Source: Chara braunii (lineage: Eukaryota; Plantae; Charophyceae). Taken from it: DNA of 62,853 nucleotides. This document shows positions 36,364 to 47,545 of the stretch, piece by piece. The stretch covers positions 7,722,861 through 7,785,713 of the forward strand of contig BFEA01000002.1 in the NCBI GenBank assembly GCA_003427395.1, read 5' to 3'. Every line of letters starts with the position of its first letter. Position 1 is the stretch's first letter. The notes beneath the pieces were generated by a model, which had not been told where the DNA came from, did no database searches, and worked only from the letters and a program-made list of their open reading frames with translations. The translations under genes and the position numbers were made by a program.

Positions 36364-38808
36364 TGTGAGGAACCACCTTCTGTAGCACGCGATTTCCTGC
36401 GCGGTTGCAATGAGGGGTCCTAAGCTGAGTAGGTTAGGCTAATTACGGGAGATTGGGATGGATGAGAAATTGCATCAGTGTCCTCGTTTCTTTGTCTTTT
36501 GCGTGCCTCTTTTCGGATGGTTGGGTTCGGAGCCGGGTGAGTCCCGGGACGATCAATTGATTGATTGGCTGTATTTGCGGCGCGCCGCCAAGAGCGCGAT
36601 TAATAAATGTTGACGTCATTTCTTTTTGGTTCGGTTTCGAAGCTTTTTTAGCACGGACATCGCGCGGGAATTTGTTTTTGTTCTTTTTAAATTTTCTTTT
36701 TGAATTTTTTTTTGAATTTTATCGAGCACCAATGGCTCTCGAAATTGCGGACTTTCCTTCCGGAACCTGTACTTTTGCTTTTTCTCATTAGTTAGGAATT
36801 TAGGAATTTTGTAATTAGGATTTTCTTTTGCCGCGCAGCGCCTTTTTGCTTACGCGCTTCTTTATGCGGCTGCACGGAATTTTAATTAGTCGGCGCCTTT
36901 AATCGGGTGTGTAACTGTAATCTTGGGTTGGCGTCATTGTAACTGTATCTTTCTTCTTGCGTTTTGTCTTCCCCGGCCTCCTTCTCTTTCTTTTGCTGCG
37001 TTTTTGAAGCTAAGGACTGCATGCTCGGATCGATGCGTGGAGAGTGGCTTCGTCCCCCACGCTGCGGCCCGATCATGCAGAACGTAGGCACTCCCTCTCT
37101 AATCTCTCTCCTAAGTCTTGGTAATTCCGTGTTCTTCGTGTACGCATGCACGCTATAAATTTCGGCTGCACGATTAGTTAGCTCTCTTAACCAGCCGTTG
37201 GAAGCTTGGGGTTGCGCGATTAGAGAGGGTCGACACACGAGCGAAGTAAGAGGTGAGTAGAGCAGGAGTCGGGCGACCCGACGAGCTGGTGCCAAACGCG
37301 CGGGGTTGACGCGGGCCACGACGGACTGTGGGCGCGGGCGAACTTGACGGGTGCGGGAAGACTAAGCGGGGTGATGGCTTCGTGGGTTGGTGCGCGACGA
37401 CGGACTGTCCGCATCGGAGAGAGAGAGAGAGGAAGAGGGAGCTGAGGTTGATGGACGCGGTTTTGCTGTTTCTTTTATCTTTTCTCCCTCCCGTCTCGTG
37501 TACATAAATTTTGATTTCGGCTCTGGGCAGTTTGCCTGTTTTTCAATTTCGCTGAATTTGAACTTGGATTTTTGCTCACACTTGTCTTCGCGATTTCCAT
37601 CTTTGAGGCACTGTGTGCATGCGCTGAATGAATGGATGTACGAATGTCATGTTGGGTTGTTTTTCGCTGGATCCTTGCCTTTACCTTCGATCATTGCGTT
37701 TGACGCACTCATGAGTAGGATAGGAATTTTGCGTAATCGGTAATCCTGTTCTCGTTTTGTTTGTCTTTTGATTGAGCTATTGTGGTTGTTGCATCTCGCA
37801 TGCTCAAAATGGCACGGAGTGATTAGACGATCGGATGTCGGGCCCAGCGAACACCGCACGAGGACATGTGTAAACGCGATCCGAGTTGCACGCTTACACG
37901 TATCCCCGTGCGTCGATTCGAAAGGCCCATCGACTACAGAAACACTGTCTGATTGGACGCGGCCACCCAGGGTCCGCGACGGTGCAGTCGTCCCGCACGA
38001 GCACGCATAAGCCCGACTTACTTCGCGTGGCCTGCGGGTGCTCGCGCGAGGTAATCGCAATTGTCACGGACCCTCCCTTTAGGCGTTTCGTAGCTCTGCG
38101 ATGACATAATGACACGCTCGGAGAGCTCGGAGTCGTTGTTTTGCGACCCGGACTATTTCCCCTTGTGGATAGCGGAAAGCCTCCGACAGAGATATCCTTG
38201 CCTAACCGAGAATCGACTATGCCCCCGAGAGTTCCATTGCGCCACCACCAGCGACCCTCGGTGCTCTGATTTCCCCTCTCTGGACCATACCTACTACATC
38301 TACCCCGGATTTGTCGTTATCACCACCAGTTTCCCTCCCTTTCGCCTCCTCCTTCCGTACCACCAACTCAGCGTCGTCCCGTGGCCGGCAATAGCCCCAT
38401 ACTGGCTCAGTACGCCCTGCAGAAACTGCCGACGACGCGGCGATCAGAGGACCCCGGAACCCCGGAGGCCCAACCCAAACGCGCGACGGTCGGCGCCACA
38501 TGGCAACTCCCGACGGCCTGAATCATCGGAACCCCATCCACCCCGAAGGGACCCTCCTGCAAACCGCCGTCCCCGAAACGAATGGCTCGCCCGACCCTGA
38601 GCAACCCACGCGTACCATCTGCTTCGTGACCAGAGGTGATCCGCCCTCACCGCCAAATTGCACTCGTGCCCCCGAAAAACCCTGCCACAGGAAATCTCAG
38701 TTCTGACCTGGGACTCCACTTTCCCCAAAAATCCTTGGCTCACCCCTTTCCAAGCCCACATCCTACTCCAATCAGGAAGTCGCGTTGGGCGTGAGGTTGG
38801 GCGTCACA
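36364..38808 (+). repeat. 3' LTR (2445 bp)
   Basis: TGTGAGG...CGTCACA; homologous to the 5' LTR. Confidence 0.95.
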
Positions 38809-41800
38809 AGGATATCAGAGTGGCGCGAAGGGACCGAAGGGTTGAGAGCCTGGCGGGGCTATCCCCCTTGGTTTTGCCGTCAAAGGCGTCGGAACGGTAT
38901 TAGCATCTCCTTTTCCTCATTGGTCGTATTCTGACGGTTAACATTTTCAAAAATATTTTATGTCTATTGTATTACTATTTTTTTTATGCTCCGGCGTCCC
39001 CTTTGACTTAGAGCGACGTCGGATTTAGTGGTCGTCACGAGAGTCAAGGAACTTGAGTACGCGTTTCCGCGGTTGTTCCCATAAGGCTCCTTTTAAACTT
39101 GGGTTTTCCAAGTTCCTCGTTTGAATATTTTGCTATTGCGGCCAGGGTCTGCGTCGTGGCCTGTCTCACCTAAGCTCATGCTGCGAGTTTGCAACGACCC
39201 CGCACCCTCGATCCCACAACCTGCTGTGAGAGTGTGGAATGTGAGTATGCCCACTGGGAGTCTGAAAGGCGGTGGGGTCTGTTCGCTCGGGGCGTCCGGG
39301 GGGACTCAACGAAAGGTACGGTGGTGCTGCCGTGAAAAATACTCGTCGGAACTTGGGTGTAGGGCCAAGCGATCGGTAATACCGTACATGGGATTATGGT
39401 TGAAGGCCTATAAGTCAGATTCTGCGTTTGCAGCAACGACACATGCCTCCTCGGATGATGTAAGCTTGTTGGATCGCCGTTGCGAAGTTCTCCTCAAAAT
39501 AGCGGGTGGGTTGATAAGCGGCGCCGCCTCGCAGCTATGGAATCGAGAGTTGCGAAGAGTGAGGTTGACATCTACAAAAGTTAAACAGGAAGAAGACAAC
39601 GGTGGGGCGGGCACAACAAGAGGAAAGGGAACGAATTGAGGCGCGTTTCTGCGCCAGGTTCATTCGGAGGAAAGAGGTGGAGACAGGGGAGAGGAGGGAA
39701 GAACGGAGTAACAGAGAAAGGGGGGGACGAGGCCAGCAAAAACCGGCCGAACCTTGACGTGGATCCCACCAGGTGCATTCAAGGCAAGGCAAGCGATGGC
39801 GAGGTTGAACGGGGCATGAAAGAGCGAAGAATGGATAACCCACCTGATCCTTTAATATAATCGGGTCGATGAGGGGGAGGTCCGGGGGTTTTCTGGGTTG
39901 GTGACCCCGGATCCGAGCTCAGAAATTCAGAATCAATAGAAAGTTAGTAAGGGAAGAGGCAGAAGGAAGGGCAGCTGCGCGGAGGATAGCTATGGTGGAG
40001 GTTGAAGGTGTGTGCCCGCTCGCTTTCCAGCGAAAGCAGGCGAGGGAAGATGCGAATTAGAGGTTATGAGGCTGGGAGAATCCACTGGTGAGGCTAGGTT
40101 GGGTGTTATTAAAGTAGTAGAAACAATGTTAGTCCGAAAACTTACCGCGCGGAGCTATGGTGAAAAAAAAAAAAAAACGGGAGTGATGGGAGTGAAGTTT
40201 ACATAACTCGCTCGTTTCTCAATGAAAACGAGCGAGTGAAGATGGGGTTCTGAGGTTCTTAGGTAAGGCGAACGCGTTTGTGGGCTTAGTTCTGGGAAGG
40301 AGTTAGTGAAACAAAAAGTTAGTGAGAAACGTCGTGCAAGGAGATGGCAGTGGGAAAAAATGAGTACAGGAAGAAGATGACGATCACGCCCGTTTCTCAT
40401 TGAAAACGGGCGAGGAGTGATGCGAAACAGGGGTTTCTTGATGAAGTGAATTCGACTGGGAAGTTAGTTTTAGGTGAGAGTTAGTAAAAAGAACGTTAAT
40501 AAAGAAAAGCATTATGCGGGGAAAATAAATAGTAAAAAGGGAATGAATCCATCTGTATTCTAGCGGAAGGTTCATTCCGATTTCGTTCATCCTATCGATG
40601 GAAGTAGAGTAAGGCTAGCCGCGTTGTGCATACAGAGAGAGAGAGGGGAGAGAGAGTTAGAGGGAGATGGTACGCACATACCTGAGACTGCAATAAGGCG
40701 AGGAGGCAGCTAACGACATAGGCAGGTAAGCGGGCTGAGAGTGTCAGGTGGGATGAGCGCACCTACCTGGCCGGGGTGTATCTGGTTGATGCTCGGGTGG
40801 AAAGTTCACCGATTTTGTTCATCCTATCGAAGGAAGTACCCCCCTCTTATCTCTCAGCGTGCATGGCTGGACAACATAGTATGTTCCCATGATCTAGAGG
40901 AAGATTCATTCTGATTTTGCTCATGAAAGTGGCATGAGGCGAAGGTGGCGGGTGCTTCCTCAGTGCTCGCACTAAGGGAAGCGCTAGAATCCGACCGATA
41001 CATTGGTCAGGAACTTGGAGGAAGTGGGAGAAAACGCTAACCTGGCTGGGAGTAGTGAATAACTCCACAGTATTGCGAAAATGTTAGGCAATGTGAGTCC
41101 GACCGTGGATTGCATACTTACCTGGAGGTCGCGCCAGGCCGGGAGAGGCAGACGGAGGAGCATGTTGCGGAGCTGAAGGGTTACCTGCTAGCTTGTGCGT
41201 GGCCATCATATGGAGCCTAGCAAAGGGGGGGAGGGGGCGGTTGTAAGGCTGCTGACCCTACCTATAAGCTTGGGCACCGCTCACCTCATTTGGCCGGAGC
41301 AGCCGAAGACCAACCATGGAGTGTTGTATCGCTTGTCGGCAAGCGTGCTGCACCTACCTGGCCAGCTAGAGCGCATGATTGCTTCCCTACGAAAAATAGG
41401 GAGGACTGTGATGTTGACCCGACCCGTGCCCTTAGCTGCAGCCAGTGCGTTTTGGGTCAGCGGGCATGATGGAGTGGTCAAACGCCAAAAAAAGGGAGGT
41501 CATTGCTGCGATTGGGGGACCGTCGGAGGATCACCGTTCGGCGGTTTGACTTCAGCTTGACGATATTACTGTGCATTTTGACCATCATTGCGGGGCCCTC
41601 AGGCAATTGAAGGTATCAAGGCCCTCTCGTGGGAGTTGAGTTAGTCCCATTCCTGTATCTTGAGCGTTTGAAACCCCTTATCTTCTGTCTTTCTTACTAT
41701 CAGTCCAATCTTTGTTCAGAGAGGAAGGCGGCAGGCGGGGTTGCAACCCGTAGGACCGCATCAAGACACTATGAGGAGTCCACCCACCGATTGCGGGAGC

Positions 41801-42449
41801 TCTGCTTGAACTCAGGAGGAGTTCTAGAGGCAAAAAACTAAAAGGTAAAGGTTTTGTTCCCCTTTTGTAAACCCAATTATAGACCATATATATATTTCCT
41901 ATTACAGTTTGACTGAGTATATTGCATGCACCCCTACTTTAACTTATGTTTGACTTTCAGGACACAAACCAGACTAGCTGAAGGAATGCATGCATAATGT
42001 CAGTTTCACTTTTATTGTCTGACTGAAAGCAGATTGTGGGATTGCATCTGGGGGAAGGATGGGAGGAAGGCGGTTTTGCTTGTCTGAATGGGTCCATCAA
42101 AGGCTGGGCAAGTCTCGATAAGTTTGGGGTGGCTCAGTGCTATGTTTATTTTTGAGTTGCTTGGAGAACCAGACATGTTTCATAAATTTAGGTGGTCTGG
42201 TTGCTCTGACTTGCGAGGACTGTATGTGGTTGATTTTTTGGGGACCAAACATTGTCCCATAAGTTTGGGTGGCTTGGTTGCCTTGTTTATTTTGGGTTTT
42301 CTCAGTTTCTTTTGGTTTTGAACGAGGGGATTTGAGCATGTTCCATAAGTTTTGGTGGCTCAACATCTTCCTGCTTCACCATTAAGAAAAATAAATCGGG
42401 CAGAAGACCAAACATGTTCGATATGTTTGGGTGGTCTTGGTCCAATGTC

Positions 42450-43560
42450 ACGGAGGAGGCAATGGTGAAAAGTAATTGGGAGAAGAGAATAAAGGAGTTA
42501 AGAACGGGGAAGAATAACGACTTGGAAGAATTGTGTAAAAATGAAGGGATTACGTATATTAAACTTGATCAAGCCAAGATGAACGTTGCAGAGATCCGTG
42601 CTCGGAGAGATTATGATGATTTGTTGAAAACGATACATCCACTGAAGTAATCAACGGTGAATGAGGAGGCGGCCTGGGTGCATTACACCTTTGGAGTTTA
42701 ACCTTACTTTGTCGAGACTTTTGAGAGTTACTTCCTTATTATGAAATCTCTTATATTTTTCGTCTTTTTGTCATTTTTTTTTTTTTTTTGTGAGATCATG
42801 TGGGAAAACAAGCTTTGAAACCTTATTTCTCTTCTAATTAGTTTTAATTATGATTTTCGCCTTTGTCCAGGTCTTGTCGTATATGTTATTTTTTAATCAT
42901 TGGCATCGTCATGTATATATTGGTTGTACGTCTAGATTGATCGGTATTAGATGGAAGGAGTACATTACTTCTACATTGTGTAGTAATAGGGTTAGCGTTA
43001 ATCACAAACTTTACCGTTGGCTTAGGCGTGTCAATTTGAATAGTTATGTTGCAATTCCGATTTTCGTATCATCTCAAACTGATTTGTTTTCCTTTAAAAA
43101 AAATCTTCATCAGATCCTTTGACCACTCACTCAATTCTTCCTCATCTAGGAGTCGTAAACGTTATTTTTGACCTGGTTGGAAGGAGCATTTGCGGTTTCA
43201 CCGCCGCTACCAATTTGATTCATTATCTATTGTTCACACAGCACCTTTGGTTCATTTTATTTCCTCTTTCCGTGCATGATGCATCCCATCAGATTTCCCT
43301 TACTCCCCCCCCTCGTAACCTCTTCACGTCGCAACCCCACTTTGTATTCACTTTGTGGTTTGATCGCACTTCTGCTAGTCTTATCACAATTTTACAAAAA
43401 ACTTTTGATTCCAACATAACTACTTCCTTCTCTTCAAAAGGTTTTTGGTTGTGGACAGTTGGAAGCTTATTAAAAGACTCTTCGATTCTTCCATTATTTT
43501 TTTCAACGATCATTCTCTCTCTCTTCTAAAAAAATGTCGCTCATGGTTTATATCCGATTT
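42450..43560 (+). pseudogene. Penelope-like element remnant: small helical (SAP-like?) segment and GIY-YIG endonuclease
   Basis: VLSYMLFFNHWHRHVYIGCTSRLIGIRWKEY...KLYRWLRR matches the GIY-YIG Y..YIG.T...RW.EH pattern; frameshifted downstream; no RT recognised. Confidence 0.65.
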
Positions 43561-43736
43561 GTCTATTATTATTCATAAGGTTGTTGTAGAGGTGGGATAC
43601 TAAACCAGTGACAGTTACCCACAGTACTCGGCCACTCGGTTCTCCAGCTGAACCTCTCTGAAGACCCCACCCACCCTTCCTCTCATTTTTTTTGCCCTGG
43701 CGCACCCCCACCCCCGCTGTCCTACCCTAGTGTTAA

Positions 43737-43914
43737 ACCACTAGTACTTGGCACAGCTATCGATGCCGAGCCTGTAATGCCCCTGTGCGCCAATTTTTGC
43801 CGAAGCGTCGGGGTACCGTTTCTAGCCATTCTGGTCCTGTACCCCGAAACCCTTAAGGCGCGACGCGTTAACGGAAAAGCACCGCGACCGATAGTTGGGC
43901 CAAGTACTGGTGGT
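43737..43914. mobile_element. TTAA-flanked MITE
   Basis: ttaa|accactagtacttggcacagctat...atagttgggccaagtactggtggt|ttaa. Confidence 0.85.
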
Positions 43915-45815
43915 TTAACCACCCGGGACCATCATCTATTACCACCTTGATGAGTGACCTGACCAGACAGCGGTTGCAGGCATTCGGGCTAAGCAGAGAG
44001 ACCTATCCCCCTGCACAACCCTGGTTGAAGCAGACGCCGTGCAAACCCGATTGCATGGGGACTTCGGGAGCTAGGTATGAACATGCTACTACAGGTCTTC
44101 ATGAGGGTGCACAGTGACTTTCATCTAGCACATTTGTGTGGTATGATAGAGAGTTGGGAATTTTTCGTTCCCTCGTGTGTCACTGGAGCCCGTTTCGGCC
44201 CCGCGGTAAAGTGCAATATCTTTTAGCAACCCCGACATCCCGTACTAAGGAACTGCTATGCCAACCCACAAGCGGTTATCGGGTAGCTGAAAATTCAGGA
44301 ATGAGAGTTTTGGGCAGTCTGAAAATCCTGAATGGTTCTAAAGTGGTGAAAGGTCCGAAGACCCTGAAAACCACTTGTTTAGGCAGGCTGCATCTTGAAG
44401 TGGTAAAGGATGTCCTGAAGAGGTCAAGTGAGAATTTTGGGCAGTTTGAAAATCCTGAATGGTCATGAAGTGGTGAAAGGTCCGAAGAACATGAAAACCA
44501 CCCTTCACCACTTGAGGATGCAGCCTGCCTAAACAGGTGGTTTTCAGGGTCTTCGGAGCTTTCACCACTTCAGGACCATTCAAGATTTTCAGACCTGAAT
44601 GGTCTTGAAGTGGTGAAAGGTACGGAGACCCTGAAAACCACCTGTTTGGGCATGTTGCATCCTGAAGTGGTGAAGGGTGTCCTGAAGTGGTGATGAAAAA
44701 TACGACTGTTGTTAACCTTCTCTCTGCCAGCCTCAACCCTATGCTACGTACTAGGAGGATAGCCGATAGCCAACCCTGAGTCTTGAGCTATGACTTGAAT
44801 CTCTTATCCTTACGTTGTATTACTAGACTGTTCTATTGTGTTGATGGTAGAGAGCTGGGGATTCTCTGTTCCCTCATATCTCCCTGGAGCCCGTTCCGGC
44901 CCGACCGTAAGGTGCAGTATCTCCTGACACCCCCAACACCCCGTACTAAGGAACTGCTATGCCAACCTCAACCCTTGACTAAGTACTAGGAGGATGACCA
45001 GCCCTAAGTCATCTGGTATCGAACACAAGACCTCATGTATATCATGCAAATGACCTAACCTATTGGCCTAAGGCCCTAAGCTATGAAATAGTCTGTAGCT
45101 TTGCTCTGCTGGGCTCGACTAAACCAGACTGTACAAACCACCCAGCAGTCTCGTAACCACCCCATAGACCAAGTACATCAGGATACCATGCCATCACCCA
45201 GTCCCCACATACAACCACCCCGTGGGTGGTGCGCAGGCAGTCTGTAATGACTTACCTGGGTCATCCCAAGGGTGTGTGTGTCCAGCCGTCACTCTAACGC
45301 CCTGCCGGTGGCCATTCTCATGGCCATATGGAGGATGCAATGCACATGCGAAAGAAAAAATATTCCTTTGGCTTCCCCCAGACAAAAGTGGAGATCGTGG
45401 AAAAGATCCGGGTGAATACAGTAAAGGCTGCAAGAAAAATGGCTGAAAAGGTGACAGCAGTGAAGGACGTCTTTCCAAGAGACCTGGGTGAACCCGAAGG
45501 GGCTCATCGTGCCTCTCATTGTGTCAACTCTATGAACAAGGGTGCATCCACTGGAAGAACTGGAAGTTGCAGGAACAGTGTCTGTTTGTTTGTCTGCCTC
45601 TCTCTCTCTCTCTCTCTCTNNNNNNNNNNNNNNNNNNNNNNNNNNNNNNNNNNNNNNNNNNNNNNNNNNNNNNNNNNNNNNNNNNNNNNNNNNNNNNNNN
45701 NNNNNNNGGGTCGGCTCGGGGGAAAGATAGCTCGTACAGATTCAAGATGAGGGTGCGTTATGCTCGGGGGAAGGACGCTAGTCAAGGCAAAGACGTGGTG
45801 CTTATCCTTCCGTCA

Positions 45816-45868
45816 GACTGTCGAGGCTGAACCTCCTGATGAGTCGGTGCGACCCCGACGAAACAGTC
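45816..45868 (+). ncRNA. Intact type III hammerhead ribozyme
   Basis: GACTGT-C^ GAGG-ctgaa-CCTC CTGATGA GTCGG-tgcgacc-CCGAC GAA ACAGTC: complete core, three paired stems, GUC cleavage after C45822. Confidence 0.92.
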
Positions 45869-46259
45869 GGTATGCCGAAGTCTCTCTGCCCAGCTGCCAG
45901 AAAGGTAGCACGTATGCATTCATGATGATTTGAAATGGGTTGTGTTGGGTGGAAGGCGGTGACAAAGTTTATCCTTATGTTGTTTGTCTCTATGAACTCG
46001 TTAATGTTTGGGAGGCCGAGTAGACGGTTTGTAATGCCAGCTCGATAACATGGAGGAGATCGAGCGAAGAGCATATCTCGAAGCTAGAAGGGGCTAGGTC
46101 AGGCCAACAGAGAGAAACACCATAGCCGAAGGCATCAAGCGTTGCGAAGGAGGTTGCAGCGCTTGCGAGCAAAAGCCTGTCAGCTCGTCTACCGTTCTTT
46201 GTTGCTTGGACCTAATTAGTCAGAGACTACTCAAACCTCGACGTTAGAAAAGGCCAGCA

Positions 46260-46720
46260 AGGGAGGAGGAGGAGGAGGAGGAGGAGGAGGAGGAGGAGGA
46301 GGGAGGGAGGAGGAGGGGGAGGGAGGAAGCCGAAGAAGAAGAAGGGAGAAAGAAGACGGGAACGGACAAGGAGGAGGAGGGGGAGGAGACGGAAAGAAGT
46401 AGAGGAGGGGGAGGAGGAGGATGAGTGGGAGGAGGAGTAGGAGGCAGTGAGCCAAGTCAGTCAAGGCGTGTGATTGTTTTCCGTAAGAATAAAAGCAGAA
46501 CAGCCAAGTCAGCGACGACAACGACGAAGAAGAGGAGGGGGAAGAAACAGCAGGAGGAGGAAGAGGAGGAGGAGGAGGAGGAGGAGGAGGAGGAGGAGGA
46601 GGAGGAGGCTGTTCGCCAAGGCGTGGTTGTTTACTGGAGGGAAAAGAAGAAGACGCGACCGACAAAGAAGAGGAGGGAAAAGGAGAGGCGGAGGAGGAGG
46701 AGGAGGAGGAGGAGGAGCGG
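46260..46720. repeat. (GGA)n/(GAA)n low-complexity region
   Basis: Direct reading. Confidence 0.9.
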
Positions 46721-47219
46721 ACGATCGAGTGAGAAACGGCTATCATCTTTCCAGTGACTGTCGACTTCCTCGAACACAACGCACCCCCTATCTTTCCGTT
46801 TTGATACAGTCATGATGAGGGTGCGTTGAGCTCGCCGGTCGGGGGAAGACGATAGCCAGTAGAAGACTGTCGCGTTGAAGTTCGATGTGCTGATCAGTGA
46901 TCTATCCCTTGTGCAGTTGTGCAGTCCGATACAATATCATTCTGAGGGTGAGCTGTATTCGGGGGAAGACGGTTGTCGGTCGGTTGTCGTCGTTCGGTTG
47001 CAGTCTGTAGCCATTGGCAAGGGCTCTGTTTTTTTTTGTTTTTTTTTTCATCAACCAATTTGTCAGGAAGATGATGACAGCGCCGCGTGGCGTTCTCCAG
47101 CTTTATTCATGTTGATTGTTTCGTCTCAAGATTCTGTTGCTGCTGGCTTCTTTCTTTCTTTCTTTCTTTCTTTCACGATCTTCGATCTTCATAGCGATTG
47201 GGTTTTAGCACCATTATCA

Positions 47220-47261
<42 letters not shown>

Positions 47262-47377
47262 CCCTCTTTCTTCTTTCCCCGCCCCCCAATCCAACCACAC
47301 ACCCCTTCCATTCTAGGGAGTCGCAGTGTGGTTCACCATCGCCTAAGCAAACCGAGTTATTGACATAACTACTCTCA

Positions 47378-47517
47378 GGGTATACTCACACTCAACGACT
47401 GTTCTGGATCATGAATAATGTGACCGCAGCGGATTTCAGGCGGACATGGATGCACCTGGCTGCAATTACGTCCAGAGATCAGTGGAAAAAAAGTCTTACC
47501 GTAGTGTGAGTACACTG
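47378..47517. mobile_element. PIF/Harbinger-like MITE ending 28 bp upstream of the large ORF's ATG
   Basis: gggtatactcacact...agtgtgagtacactg; internal sequence similar to 1910-2031 in inverted orientation. Confidence 0.75.
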
Positions 47518-47545
47518 TGAGACTGACCATTGTTATCACGCCGAT

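Larger units (their letters stand above)
25962..38808 (+). mobile_element. Full-length degenerate Ty3/Gypsy LTR retrotransposon
   Basis: Termini TGTGACG...CGTCACA; TSD AGGA (25958-61 and 38809-12); two homologous LTRs; PBS; gag-PR-RT-RH-INT order. Confidence 0.96.
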
